Shown piece after piece: positions 11,786 to 25,597 of a DNA stretch of 64,000 bases (its first letter is position 1; each line of letters opens with the position of its first letter). The notes under the pieces are model-generated. The model saw nothing but the letters and a program-made list of their open reading frames with translations, was not told where the DNA came from and did not search any database. The DNA lies in NCBI RefSeq assembly GCF_030028105.1, contig NC_092380.1, positions 70,615,717 to 70,679,716 on the forward strand, given 5' to 3'. This DNA comes from Mobula birostris (taxonomy: Eukaryota). The position numbers and the translations under genes were made by a program.

Positions 11786-11878
11786 CTCTTAATTTAACTA
11801 CGTATCTTATAAATGATGCCGATACTACTGCCAAAATACAAATAATACTTGCAACAATAACGTAATGATTCCTGGGTT
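11786..11878 (-). CDS. NCR3LG1: B7-H6-like gene, transmembrane exon (EPRNHYVIVASIICILAVVSASFIRYVVKLR)
   Basis: Acceptor TTAATATTTACAG, donor AG|GTAAGG, 93 bp, phase 1-1. A roughly 20-aa hydrophobic helix is followed by basic residues. Confidence 0.85.
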
Positions 11879-12706
11879 CTGTAAATATTAAGAATAAAAT
11901 AAGCATCAACTAATATTTGATCATTTGAAGCAATGCATTGGCTTAACTTGTCAGGATGATCCTTTGTATTTAACACAGTACTTATACAGATTTGATGCTA
12001 TTAAGAACAATGGAGCAACCATGAAATCTGGAGAAGAAACAAAGAGATTCAAAGCTAAAAATGAGCATGAAATATAAACAGATAAAATATTACTTCAGAC
12101 TTTAACATTGAAAGAACTGAGTGTGGTGTCTTTCCTAAACAAAGATTTTTAAATTCTATAGGTATAGATGGGATGGAATTCTTAGAAATGAAAAAGCAAT
12201 GATGTCTCACCATCAGCCAAGAGCTGAAAATAACATAACGTGAAGAAAATAATTAATGTGTTGATCATCTCCTTTCACACACACATAATTCACCCACAGA
12301 ATGGAAGGCAAGAGCAAGCCTCTATGAATAAATGGAAAGCAATGGTCACCAAGATTAATCTTAATCCAGTTATGACAACGAAGGAGACATCTTATCTCAC
12401 TTCACCAAGCAAGAAGTGGGGACAAATGTAAAATCCTCACCAGGCCTAAAAAAAATACTAAGAAAAGAAAAGGTTATCCTTATTCCCAGTCCCAGCTGTG
12501 AGAGTATTCACTGCCATACTTCTTCAGCCCACCTGATTTCTCTCTCAGTTCTCCATCTTATCCATTTGTTTTTCCATCCTTGATTTCCCTTTGATAGACC
12601 TGCAGATGGTATTTTTTTTTAATGGAGTAGAATGGAATATAGTAAATCTGGTCCACAAAAAAGAAGTCAAATGTGGCTTGTTGATTGTGGTAAAGCTGGG
12701 GTTACA

Positions 12707-15700
12707 TAGAAACATAGAAACATAGAAAATAGGTGCAGGAGTAGGCCATTCGGCCCTTCGAGCCTGCACCGCCATTTATTATGATCATGGCTGATCATCC
12801 AACTCAGAACCCTGCACCAGCCTTCCCTCCATACCCCCTGATCCCCATAGCCAAAAGGGCCATATCTAACTCCCTCTTAAATATAGCCAATGAACTGGCC
12901 TCAACTGTTTCCTGTGGCAGAGAATTCCACAGATTCACCACTCTCTGTGTGAAGGAGTTTTTCCTAATCTCGGTCCTAAAAGGCTTCCCCTTTATCCTCA
13001 AACTGTGACCCCTCGTTCTGGACTTCCCCAACATCGGGAACAATCTTCCTGCATCTAGCCTGTCCAATCCCTTTAGGATTTTATACGTTTCAATCAGATC
13101 CCCCCTAAATCTTCTAAATTCCAACGAGTACAAGCCCAGTTCATCCAGTCTTTCTTCATATCAAAGTCCTGCCATCCCAGGAATCAATCTGGTGAACCTT
13201 CTTTGTACTCCCTCTATGGCACGGTTGTCTTTCCTCAGATTAGGGGACCAGAACTGCACACAATACTCCAGGTGTGATCTCATCAAGGCCTTGTACAACT
13301 GCAGTAGTACCTCCCTGCTCCTGTACTCGAATCCTCTCGCTATAAATGCCAGCATACCATTTGCCTTTTTCACCGCCTGCTGTACCTGCATGCCCACTTT
13401 CAATGACTGGTGTATAATGACACCCAGGTCTCGTTGCACCTCCCCTTTTCCTAATCGGCCACCATTCAGATAATAATCCATTTTCCTATTTTTGCCACCA
13501 AAGTGGATAACTTCACATTTATCCACGTTAAATTGCATCTACCATGAATTTGCCCACTCACCCAACCTATCCAAGTCACCCTGCATCCTCTTAGCATCCT
13601 CCTCACAGCTAACACTGCCACCCAGCTTCGTGTCATCCGCAAACTTGGAGATGCTGCATTTAATTCCCTCATCCAAGTCATCAATATATATTGTAAACAA
13701 CTGGGGTCCCAGCACTGAGCCTTGCGGTACCCCACTAGTCACTGCCTGCCATTCTGAAAAGGTCCCGTTTATTCCCACTCGTTGCTTTCTGTCTGCTAAC
13801 CAATTCTCTTACCCCCAATACCGTGTGCTTTAAGTTTGCACACTAATCTCCTGTGTGAGACCTTGTCAAAAGCCTTTTGAAAATCCAAATATACCACATC
13901 CACTGGTTCTCCCCTATCCACTCTACTAGTTACATCCTCAAAAAATTCTATGAGATTCGTCAGACATGATTTTCCTTTCACAAATCCATGCTGACTTTGT
14001 CCGATGATTTCACCGCTTTCCAAATGTGCTGTTATCACATCTTTGATAACTGACTCCAGCAGTTTCCCCACCACCGACGTTAGGCTAACTGGTCTATAAT
14101 TCCCCAGTTTCTCTCTCCCTCCTTTTTTAAAAAGTGGGGTTACATTAGCCACCCTCCAATCCTTAGGAACTAGTCCAGAATCTAATGAGTTTTGAAAAAT
14201 TATCACTAACACATCCATTATTTCTTGGGCTACTTCCTTAAGCACTCTGGGATGCAGACCGTCTGGCCCTGGGGATTTATCTGCCTTTAATCCCTTAAAT
14301 TTACCCAACACCACTTCCCTACTAACATGTATTTCGCTCAGTTCCTCCATCTCACTGGACCCTCTGTCCCCTACTATTTCTGGAAGATTATTTATGTCCT
14401 CCTTAGTGAAGACAGAACCAAAGTAATTATTCAATTGGTCTGCCATGTCCTTGCTCCCCATAATCAATTCACCTGTTTCTGTCTGTAGGGGACCTACATT
14501 TGTCTTTACCAGTCTTTTCCTTTTTACATATCTATAAAAGCTTTTACAGTCAGTTTTTATGTTCCCTGCCAGTTTTCTCTCATAATCTTTTTTCCCCTTC
14601 CTAATTAAGCCCTTTGCCCTCCTCTGCTGAACTCTGAATTTCTCCCAGTCCTCAGGTGAGCCACTTTCTCTGGCTAATTTGTATGCTTCTTCTTTGGAAT
14701 TGATACTATCCCTAATTTCTCTTGTCAGCCACGGGTGCACTACCTTCCTTGATTTATTCTTTTGCCAAACTGGGATGAACAATTGTTGTAGTTCATCCAT
14801 GCAATCCTTAAATGCTTGCCATTGCATATCCACTGTCAATCCTTTAAGTGTCATTTGCCAGTCTATCTTAGCTAATTCACGTCTCATACCTTCAAAGTTA
14901 CCCTTCTTTAAGTTCAGAACCTTTGTTTCTGAATTAACTATGTCACTCTCCATCTTAATGAAGAAATCCACCATATTATGGTCACTCTTACCCAAGGGGC
15001 CTCTCACAACAAGATTGCTAATTAACCCTTCCTCATTGCTCAAAACCCAGTCTAGAATAGCCTGCTCTCTAGTTGGTTCCTCGACATGTTGGTTCAAAAA
15101 ACCATCCCGCATACATTCCAAGAAATCCTCTTCCTCAGCACCTTTACCAATTTGGTTCACCCAACCTACATGTAGATTGAAGTCACCCATTATAACTGCT
15201 GTTCCTTTATTGCACACATTTCTAATTTCCTGTTTAATACCATGTCCGACCTCACTACTACTGTTAGGTGGCCCGTACACAACTCCCACCAGTGTTTTCT
15301 GCCCCTTAGTGTTACGCAGCTCTACCCATATCGATTCCACATCTTCTCGGCTTATGTCCTTCCTTTCTATTGCGTTAATCTCATCTTTAACCAGCAACGC
15401 CACCCCACCTCCTTTTCTTTCATGTCTATCCCTCCTGAATATTGAATATCCCTGAACATTGAGCTCCCATCCTTGGTCACCCTGGAGCCATGTCTCTGTG
15501 ATCCCAACTATATCATAATCATTAATAACAATCTGCACTTTCAATTCATCCACCTTGTTACAAATGCTCCTTGCATTGACACACAAAGCCTTCAGGCGCT
15601 CTTTTACAACTCTCTCAGCCCTTATACAATTACGTTGAAAAGTGGCCCTTTTTGATGCTTGCCCTGGATTTGTCGGCCTGCCACTTTTACTTTTCTCCTT

Positions 15701-15960
15701 ACTACTTTTTGCTTCTACCCTCACTTTACACCCCTCTGTCTCTCTGCACTGGTTCCCATCCCCCTGTTGTGAACTAACCTCCTCTCGCCTAGCCTCTTTA
15801 ATTTGATTCCCCCCCACAACCATTCTAGTTTAAAGTCACCTCAGTAGCCCTCGCTAATCTCCCTGCCAGGATATTGGTCCCCCTAGGATTCAAGTGTAAC
15901 CCGTCCTTTTTGTACAGGTCACGCCTGCGCCAAAAGAGGTCCCAATGATCCAAAAACTTG
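12707..15960 (-). mobile_element. CR1 LINE, near-complete ORF2 (APE endonuclease + RT), frameshifted
   Basis: 675-aa ORF 13796..15823 (GITETW, GDFN, YLDFQKAFD). PQGSVLGP and FADD are in the next frame. (ACATAGAA)n tail at 12707-12729. Confidence 0.95.
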
Positions 15961-16965
15961 AAAAGGTTCCAAGCCTTTTTTATGCCATGGATCCCTACCA
16001 TTAACCAAGGGGTCTGTGGACCCCAGGTTGGAAACTCCTGTGTTAAAGGATCATCTGATTTTTATCCTTGCTCACAATCTCAGCAAAAATGCATGAAACA
16101 AAAGCTACTGAGATAACAGTAACAAGAAAAGAGAAGATATGATTGTAAGTTTGGCTGTCTGTAAGATTTATAAACAGCCTAGGTTAAACACAGGAGAAAA
16201 TTGACATAGCTTACCACATAATTTACAGAGGGACAAAAGTCCTTAATCAAACTTGGAATTCTCGCATTGGACTGAGCATTGAGTCCATCAGTGGAACACA
16301 TATTTCCTAAGCTGAGGGTTCTATTGCACATCAGATCTAACCCCTCAGCTTTCGTCATGTCTGCTGGTTGCACGCATTTGAAAGAGCTGACAGTTTTGGT
16401 TATTTTTTACATGTTTAATATTTAACTCTATTTAATGATATTCTTTACTTCGTTAGTTTTTATTTTGATGCAATAAATAAATGAAGCAATTATTTAGCCC
16501 CAGTTTAGAGGAGCACTTTACAGCCAGGGAATGAAGCAATGTAGACTGTGTGCAAGCAGATGGGATCAAATTAAATTGACATCTCGGGGCACAGGGCCTG
16601 TTCCTGTGTTGTACTGTCTCTGTTCAGTATTCTATATCTAAGTTTACTAAAGGTTAAAAGGCTCTTAGGACAATTCAGGACACTCTGATTGACCTCCTGA
16701 TGGCTTGCAGCCAATGGCAGGGCTGCAGAAGGGAACTGCGACTCTGCTGAAAGGAACAGAAAGAGGGGCTTAGCGTGGCTGTTGGACTGGATCAGTGTCT
16801 AGCTTTTCCAAGCAACTTTTAAAAGAACAAAGTAAATGGATATATCATATATCTATAAACTTGTCCTGCCCACTCACCCCCATATTTCACTTTTCAGATG
16901 CCCTTCCTTCTCTGCTCCCTTCTAACTCCTTTTCTCATTTACGTTCTTCTATCGATCGAACTCAC

Positions 16966-17286
16966 CTGGCACAGTGAGAGTTGATTCTATTGTAAAATAA
17001 TCCGGAAATGTTAGATGTCTCACTACACATCTGTACTTGTCACCATTATTGTTGAATGTTGGTTGAATCTTCAGTTGACTGTGAACATTAAAAGTGTTAT
17101 CACTATTAGCGACAACCTGATTTGTATAACAGTCCGATGAAACAACTTCACTTCCCAGTTTTGTCATTTTCACCCAGCTGATTTCCAGCTGCTGAGGGTA
17201 AAATCCATTAACGTTGCATGTCAGAGAGCCTTCCGAACCATTCAGAATTGTTATTGAGTGTGAAGATATGCTAATGTTTGGTCGAG
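16966..17286 (-). CDS. NCR3LG1: B7-H6-like gene, IgC1 exon
   Basis: ARPNISISSHSITILNGSEGSLTCNVNGFYPQQLEISW...NSDNTFNVHSQLKIQPTFNNNGDKYRCVVRHLTFPDYFTIESTLTVP carries the C1-set CxVxGFYP, W and YxCxVxH motifs. Acceptor TTTTTTTTTACACAG, donor CAG|GTGAG, 321 bp, phase 1-1. Confidence 0.93.
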
Positions 17287-17479
17287 CTGTGTAAAAAAAA
17301 ACAAAATTACAGTTAAATAACTGCAGGTGTTGGAAGAGGAAAACAGAGATAGACTATAGCAGAAACACTAAGGAAATCAAAAAGCATCTGCAGGGTCATT
17401 TTTTCAGGTGAAGAACTCTCCATCAGAACTGGAAAAGTTAGAATCACATGTGTCTCAAGTTCTAGAAAGAGGAGAAAGG

Positions 17480-20400
17480 AATTCAACAGAGGGAAAATCA
17501 GCAACAGGGTGTTACAATAGTTATGGGAGATTTCAGTATGCAAGTAGATTGGAAGCATCTAGTTGGTGTTGGATCCCAGGAGAAGGACTTTGTAGAGTGC
17601 CTATATGTTCCTTTTAGAGCATCCCGTGCCGAACCCAGCCAGAGAAAAAGTAGTTCTGGATTTGGTGTTGTGTTATGAACCAGATTTGATTAGGGAGGCT
17701 TAAAGTAAAGGAGCACTTAGGAGGCAGTGATAATAGTATGATAGAATTCACCATGCAGTTTGAGAGGGAGTCAATAAAATCAGATGCATCGACATCACAG
17801 TCGAGTGGAAGTAACTGCAGAGGTATGAGAGAGGAGCTGGCCAAAGTTGATTGGAAGGGGAAAGTAAGTCAGGATGTTAATAGAGCAGCCATGGTAGGAG
17901 TTTCTGAGAGTAATTTAGAAGATGCAGGATCAGTTCATCCCAAAGGGAAGATCAGGCAACCATGACTGACAAGGGAAGTCAAGGACCACACAGAAGCAGA
18001 AGAGAGGGCATATAATATAGCAGAAAATGAGTGGGAAGCTCGAGCATATGGAAGCTTTTCAAAAACAACAGAAGGTAACTGAAAAAGGAAGACGAAGAAA
18101 TTGGTTGTTGACTTCAGAAGGAGCAGCGGACCGCACGATCCAATTTACATCGGTGGTGCACAAGTAGAACAGGTCAAAAGCTTTAAGTTCCTTGGGGTCA
18201 GTATCACAAATGACCTGACTTGGTCCAACCAAGCAGAGTCCACTGCCAAGAAGGCCCACCAGCACCTTCACTTCCTGAGAAAGCTAAAGAAATTTGGCCT
18301 GTGCCCTAAAACCTTCACTAATTTTTATAGATGCACCGTAAAAAGCATTCTTCTAGGGTGCATCACAACGTGTTATGGAAGTTGTCCTGTCCAAGACCGG
18401 AAGAAGCTGCAGAAGATTGTGAACACAGTCCAGCACATCACACAGACCAATCTTCCGTTCTCGGACTCACTTTACACCGCATGCTGTCGGAGCAATGCTG
18501 CCAGGATAATCAAGGACACAACCCACCCAGCCAACACACTTTTTGTCCCTCTTCCCTTGGGGAGAAGGCTCAGGAGCTTGAAGACTCCTACGGCCAGATT
18601 TGGGAACAGCTTCTTTCCAACTGTGATAAGACTGCTGAACGGATCCTGACCCGGATCTGGACCGTACCCTCCAAATATCCGGACCTGCCTCTCGTTTTTT
18701 TTGCACTACCTTACTTTCCCTTTTCTATTTTCTATTTATGACTGACAATTTAAATTTTTAATATTTACTATTGATTTCTAATCCAGGGAGCGCGAAGCAC
18801 AGAATCAAATATTGCTGCGGTGATTGTACACTCTAGTATCAATTGTTTGGCGACAATAAAGTAAAGTAAAGTAAAAGCAAGGAGAAAAGGAAAGATGAAA
18901 TATGAAGGTAAGCTTGCCAATAATATAAAAGAGGATACCAAAAGTTTTTCAGATATATAAAGAGTAAAAGAAAGGCAAGAGTGGAAATTGGACCATGGGA
19001 AAATGATGCTGAAGAGATAGTAAGAGGAAAAACTGAAAATGTGGTGAACCTAATCAGTATTTTACATCAGGCTTCACTGTGGAAGACACCATCAATATGG
19101 CACAAATTCAAGAGTGTCAGGGGGCAGAAGTAACTGTAATTACTATTACTAACAAGAATTTGCTTGGGAAGCTGAAAGGTCTGAAGGCAGAGAAGTCAAC
19201 TGGACCGGATGATGTACACCTCAAGGTTCTGAAAGAAGTGGCTGAAAAGATTGTGGAGGCATTCATAATGATCTTTCAAGAATCACTAGATTCTGGAATG
19301 GTTCCAGAAGAATGGAAAGTTACAAATGTCACTCTACCCTTCAAGAAGGGAAGGAGGCAGAAGAAAGGAATCTATAGGCCATTTAGTCTGACCTTAATGA
19401 TTGGGAAGATATTGGAGTCGATTATCAAGGATGAGATCTCAGGGTACTTGGAGGCACATGATTAAATATGTCATAGTCAGTATGGATTCCTCAAGGGAAA
19501 ATCTTGCCAGAGAAATCTGTTGGAATTCTTTGCAGAAATAACAAGCAGGCTAGACGAAGTGTACTTGGATTTTCTGAAGGTCTTTGACAAGGTACCACAC
19601 ATGAAGCTGCTTTACGAGCTACGAGTCCATGATATTACAGGAAAGATTCTAGCATGGATAAAGCAATGTTTGGTTGGCAGGAGTCAATAAAGGGAGCCTT
19701 TTCTGACTGGCTGCCAGTGACTAGTGGTGTTTCACAGGGGTCTGTGTTGGGACCAATTCTTTTTACATCATATGTCAATGATTTGGATGATGGAATTGAT
19801 GGCTTTGTTGCAAAGTTTGCAGCCAATATGAAGATAGGTGGAGGGGCAGGTAGTTTGCGGAAGTAGAGAGGCTACAGAAGGACTTAGACAGATTTGGAGA
19901 ATGGGCAATAAATGGCAGATGAAATACAGCATCAAGAAGTGCATGGACATGCACTTTGGTAGAAGAAATGAAAGGGTTAAGTATTCTCTAAAAGGAGAGA
20001 AAATACAAAAAAACTGAGGTGCAAAGGTACTTAAGAGTCCTTGTGCAGGGTTCCCTAAAGGTTAATTTGCAGGTTAAATCTATGGCAAGGAAGGCAAATG
20101 CATCAGTAGTGATCTTTCAAGAATCGCTAGATTCTGAAATGGTTCAGGATGACTGGAGAATTGCAATGTTACTCCATTCTTTAACAAGGGAGAGGAAAAA
20201 ACAGGAATTTATAGGCCAACTAGCCGGACTTCAGTGAATGGGAAGTTGTTAGAGTTTATAATTGTGAAGTTTTAGAGTACTTGGAAGCACATGATAAAAA
20301 AGACCAAAGTCAGCATGGTTTACTTAAGGAAAACTCTTGCCTGACAAATCTGTTGGAATACCTTGAAAAAGTTACAGGCACGATAAACTAAGGAGAATGG

Positions 20401-20580
20401 ATGGATGTTGTTTATTTGGATTTTTAAAAGACCTATGACAAGGCGCCGCACAAAAGGCTGCAAACAATTTAGGAGCCCAGGGTGTTACAGGAACCATACT
20501 AGCATGAACAGTAGATTGGCTGACTGGCAGGAGGCAAAGAATGGGAAAAAAGGGAGCATTGTCTGGTTTGCTGCTGGCAG
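17480..20580 (+). mobile_element. Degenerate CR1 fragments (EN/RT), interrupted
   Basis: KSTGPDDVHLKVLKE and SQGSVLGPILF...FAANMK motifs, with many stops. Confidence 0.85.
18100..18875 (+). mobile_element. 5'-truncated Rex1/Babar-type LINE inserted in CR1
   Basis: ORF 18101..18649 (MVVDFRR...FKFLG...FFPTVIRLLN). AATAAA(GTAAA)n tail. Its 3' part is nearly identical to 36409-36693. Confidence 0.85.
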
Positions 20581-20584
20581 CTAG

Positions 20585-21430
20585 TGGAGGCAACAAACCA
20601 TACGGGTGTCCTTCTCATGTCCACAAAATCTCCTGTCTGCTCCCCTGACTATAGAGTCTCCAATGACGACCGCTCTCCTCTTCTCCGTCCCATCCTTCTG
20701 CACCACAGGGTCAGACTCAGTGCCGGAGGCCCTGCCACCGTGGCTCACACCTGGTCAGTTGTCCCCGCCAACAGTATCCAGGACAGTAAACTTATTATTC
20801 AGGGGAATGACTACAGGGGTGCTCTGCACTACCTGTCTGCTCACCTTCGCTTTCCCCCCTCTGACTGTCACCCAACGACCTGCTTCCAACAGTCTAGGTG
20901 TGACTACCTCCCTGTAGCTCTCATCTAAGGCTGCCTCATTCTCGCTTATGAGTCAAAAGTCATCCAGCTCCTGCTCCAGATTCCTCGCACCGTCTTCCAG
21001 ATCGCCCAGCCGTATGCACTTCTGGCAGATGTGACTCTGCGGGAAAGGAGAGTTCCCCCAAGACTGCCACATCTCACATGACAGGCACGTCACTGTCTCA
21101 GGAGGCATTGTAAAAACTAACTGCGAGCAAGCTTGTCCTCCACCTCTTCTCGTAGAAGCCTCTCAAGTCAAAGCCTGAAAGCTCCACTCCTTCACTGGCC
21201 ACTTCGCTTGAGCTATCCCTCTATTTATCTGTTTGAGCTTTTCAAAATGTTTGGTCACCTAACCTCGACTGCCCAAGCAGCTGCTTTCTGCTGAGTCTGA
21301 GCTACTCAAATCTTGATTGTCTAATCAACATCTTTCTGCTGATCTATTCAAATCTTGATTGACTTGATTGCACAGACCAACTGCCAAAACTGCCAGAATC
21401 TCTCGAGTCAAAGCCTCAAAGCTTGAAGTA
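20585..21430 (-). mobile_element. CR1 5' end / ORF1 (zinc-finger and coiled-coil region)
   Basis: The minus strand encodes MPPETVTCLSCEMWQ...HICQKCIRLGDLEDGARNLEQELDD. Confidence 0.7.
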
Positions 21431-21889
21431 TTCAGTGAACCTGCAGAGAGAAACCTATGAATTACCACACTTCAGTGTCACTTGTTTCATTCCCTATAGC
21501 TATGAGGAAAAGTGCCAAGAGAAGCGGAATGGTTGGAGGTGATTAAGGAGGACACCAGGGATCACAGAGGGAGCAATCCCTTAGGAAAGCTGACAGGTCT
21601 GCCTTGTGATGAAATCAATTCAAGGTGGTAAAATTTATGGATTTTTACCCTTTAAATTTGAACGTTGGCGGGTTGCAAGGAGGGCACCATGGGAACTCTT
21701 TCCTTCTTGCTGTCAGGAACAGCAGCGTGCTTTTCATCTGAGCATGTGACTGCTCAGCAGACAGTATTGAATTTAACCATTTCACATAATTACCCTTTCA
21801 TTTCTCTCGCTTTTAATTTGTCTATTTTGGTCTTTTCTGTTTAATTTAATTTCTTTCTTTGATTTCTTTTGATTTGTTTTCCCTCTCGA

Positions 21890-22530
21890 CCCCGTTCTCC
21901 TGACTTCTGCCCATAACCTTTGACACACTTACCGTACTAATCAAAAACCTATCAACATGCTTTGGCCTCCATTGGCATCTGTGGCAATGGATTCCACAGA
22001 TTCACAAACCTATGGCTAAAGAAAATTCTCTCCATCTCTATTCTAAACAGATATCCATTGATTCTGAGGCTGTGCCCTCTGGTCTAAGACTCTCACTTTT
22101 CAAAACATCTCCTTCATATCCCCTCTCTCCAGGTTTTTCAATATTCAGTAGATTTCAATAGATCCTCTCTCATTCTCTTAAACTCCAGTGAGTACAGTTC
22201 TAGAGCCATCATACGCTCCTCATACATAAATCCTTTCATTCCCAAGATCATTGACGTAAATCTCCTCTGAACCCGCTCCAATGTCAGCATATCTTTGCTT
22301 AAATAAGAGGCCTAAAACTACTCACAATACTCCAAATGTTATCTGACCAATGCATTGTAAATTCTAGTCCTCTTGAAATGAATGCTAACATTGCATTTGC
22401 TTTCCTTACTACCAACTCAACATGCAAGTTAACCTTTAGGGAACCATGCGCTAGGTCTCCCAAGTCCCCTTTCCCCTCTGATTTCTAAATTTGCTCCCAG
22501 TTTTCAAAATTGGCTATACCTTTATTGCAA
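21890..22530 (-). mobile_element. Degenerate CR1 3' fragment
   Basis: Similar to the 3' ends of other CR1 copies in the window. Confidence 0.7.
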
Positions 22531-22559
22531 AGTCTATGTACTTCCCTGTTGTCTATTCC

Positions 22560-25500
22560 ATTTAAACTAGATTTGCAGGGGGAGGGGAACCAGAGTGTTA
22601 GAGCAGATAGTGAGGTGGAGGAGGATAAAGGTCATGCGAGAACTGCAAGTATAGTGCATGGAGTAAAGCCAGATCTGACATATAAAGAGGCTTTGAGGAA
22701 AGGGAAACAGAATAAAGGGTGTAAAGGTAGTAAGGTAGAAGGGCTAAAGTGTGTGTACTTCAATGCAAGAAGCATCAGGAACAAGGGTGATGAACTGAGA
22801 GCTTGGATACATACGTGGAATTATAATATAGTGGCCATTACAGAGACTTGGCTGGCACCAGGACAGGAATGGATTCTCAATATTCCTGGATTTCAGTGCT
22901 TTAAAAGGGATAGAGAGGGTGGAAAAAGGGGAGGAGGGGTGGCATTACTGGTCAGGGATACTATTACAGCTACAGAAAGGGTGGGTCATGTAGCAGGATC
23001 CTCTTTTGAGTCAGTATGGGTGGAAGTCAGGAACAGGAAGGGAGCAGTTACTCTATTGGGGGTATTCTATCCCCTGGTAGCAGCAGAGATACAGAGGACC
23101 AGATTGGGAGGCAGATTTTGGAAAGGTGCAAAAATAACAGGGTTGTTGTCATGGGTGACTTTAACTTCCCTAATATTAGTTCCACCTGATTAGTTCCAAG
23201 GGTTTAGATGGGGCGGAGTTTGTTAAGTGTGTCCAGGACGGATTCCTGTCACAGTATGTGGACAGGCCGACTAGAGGGAATGCCATACTAGATCTAGTAC
23301 AAGGTAATGAACCGGGTCAGGTCACAGATTTCTCAGTGGGTGAGCATCTGGGGGACAGTGACCACTGCTCCCTGGCCTTTAGCATTATCATGGAAAAGGA
23401 TAGAATCAGAAAGGACAGGAAAATCTTTAATTGGGGAAGGGCAAATTATGAGGCTATAAGGCTAGAACTTGCGGGTGTGAATTGGGATGATGTTTTTGCA
23501 GGGAAATGTACTATGGACATGTGGTCGATATTTAGAGATCTCTTGCAGGATGTTAGGGATAAATTTGTCCCGGTGAGGAAGATAAAGAATGGTAGGGTGA
23601 AGGAACCATGGGTGACAAGTGAGGTGGAGAATCTAGTCAGGTGGAAGAAGGCAGCAGACATGAGGTTTAGGAAGCAAGGATCAGATGGGTCTATTGAGGA
23701 ATATAAAGAAGCAAGAAAGGAGCTTAAGAAGGGGCTGAGAAGAGCAAGAAGGGGGCATGAGAAGGCCTTGGCAAGTAGGGTAAAGGAAAACCCCAAGGCA
23801 TTCTTCAATTATGTGAAGAAAAAAAGGATGACAGGAGTGAAGGTAGGACCCATTAGAGATAAAGGTGGGAAGATGTGCCTGGAGGCTGTGGAAGTGAGCG
23901 AGGTCCTCAATGAATACTTCTCTTCGGTATTTACCAATGACAGGGAACTTGCTGATGGTGAGGACAATATGAGTGAGGTTGATGTTCTGGAGCATGTTGA
24001 TATTAAGGGAGAGGAGGTGTTGGAGTTGTTAAAATACATTAGGACGGATAAGTCCCCGGGGCCTGACGGAATATTCCCCAGGCTGCTCCACGAGGCGAGA
24101 AAAGAGATTGCTGAGCCTCTGGCTAGAATCTTTCTGTCCTCGTTGTCCACGGGAATGGTACCGGAGGATTGGAGGGAGGCGAATGTTGTCCCCTTGTTCA
24201 AAAAAGGTAGTAGGGATAGTCCGGGTAATTATAGACCAGTGAGCCTTACGTCTCTGGCGGGAAAGCTGTTGGAAAAGATTCTTAGAGATAGGATCTCTGG
24301 GCATTTAGAGAATCATGGTCTGATCAGGGACAGTCAGCATGGCTTTGTGAAGGGCAGATCATGTCTAACAAGCCTGATAGAGTTCTTTGAGGAGGTGACC
24401 AGGCATATAGATGAGGGTAGTGCAGTGGATGTGATCTACATGGATTTTAGTAAGGCATTTGACAAGGTTCCACATGGTAGGCTTGTTCAGAAAGTCAGAA
24501 GGCATGGGATCCAGGGAAGTTTAGCCAGGTGGGTTCAGAATTGGCTTGCCTGCAGAAGGCAGAGGGTCGTGGTGGAGGGAGTACATTCAGATTGGAGGAT
24601 TGTGACTAGTGGTGTCCCACAAGGATCTGTTCTGGGACCTCTACTTTTTGTGATTTTTATTAACGACCTGGATGTGGGGGTAGAAGGGTGGGTTGGCAAG
24701 TTTGCAGACGACACAAAGGTTGGTGGTGGTGTAGATAGTGTAGAGGATTGTCAAAGATTGCAGAGAGACATTGATAGGATGCAGAAGTGGGCTGAGAAGT
24801 GGCAGATGGAGTTCAAACCGGAGAAGTGTGAGGTGGTACACTTTGGAAGGACAAACTCCAAGGCAGAATACAAAGTAAATGGCAGGATACTTGGTAGTGT
24901 GGAGGAGCAGAGGGATCTGGGGGTATGTGTCCACAGATCCCTGAAATTTGCCTCACAGGTAGATAGGGTAGTTAAGAAAGCTTATGGGGTGTTAGCTTTC
25001 ATAAGTCAAGGGATAGAGTTTAAGAGTCGCGATGTAATGATGGCGCTCTATAAAACTCTGGTTAGGCCACACTTGGAGTACTGTGTCCAGTTCTGGGTCG
25101 CCTCACTATGGGAAGGATGTGGAAGCATTGGAAAGGGTACAGAGGAGATTTACCAGGATGCTGCCTGGTTGAAAGAGTATGCATTATGATCAGAGATTAA
25201 GGGAGCTAGGGCTTTACTCTTTGGAGAGGAGGAGGATGAGAGGAGACATGATAGAGGTATACAAGATAATAAGAGGAATAGATAGAGTGGATAGCCAGCA
25301 CCTCTTCCCCAGGGCACCACTGTTCAATACAAGAGGACATGGCTTTAAGGTAAGGGGTGGGAAGTTCAAGGGGGATATTAGAGGAAGGTTTTTTTACTCA
25401 GAGAGTGGTTGGTGTGTGGAATGCACTGCCTGAGTCAGTGGTGGAGGCAGATACACTAGTGAAGTTTAAGAGACTACTAGACAGGTATATGGAGGAATTT

Positions 25501-25597
25501 AAGGTGGGGGCTTATATGGAAGGCAGGGTTTGAGGGTCGGCACAACATTGTGGGCCAAAGGGCCTGTACTGTGCTGTACTATTCTATGTTCTATGTT
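22560..25597 (+). mobile_element. CR1 LINE, near-complete ORF2 with few lesions
   Basis: ORFs 22510..23193 (APE) and 23258..25189 (RT: [21 protein letters not shown]). (TTCTATG)n tail. Confidence 0.95.

Noticed and set aside
16269-16350. Two small hairpins and a 64-aa ORF with a GTAAGC donor in intron 3
   Set aside because: No H/ACA or C/D boxes in the right positions, a weak acceptor, and no recognisable protein.
13192-24934. Many 60-260 aa ORFs antisense to CR1 ORF2
   Set aside because: Shadow frames of LINE coding sequence.
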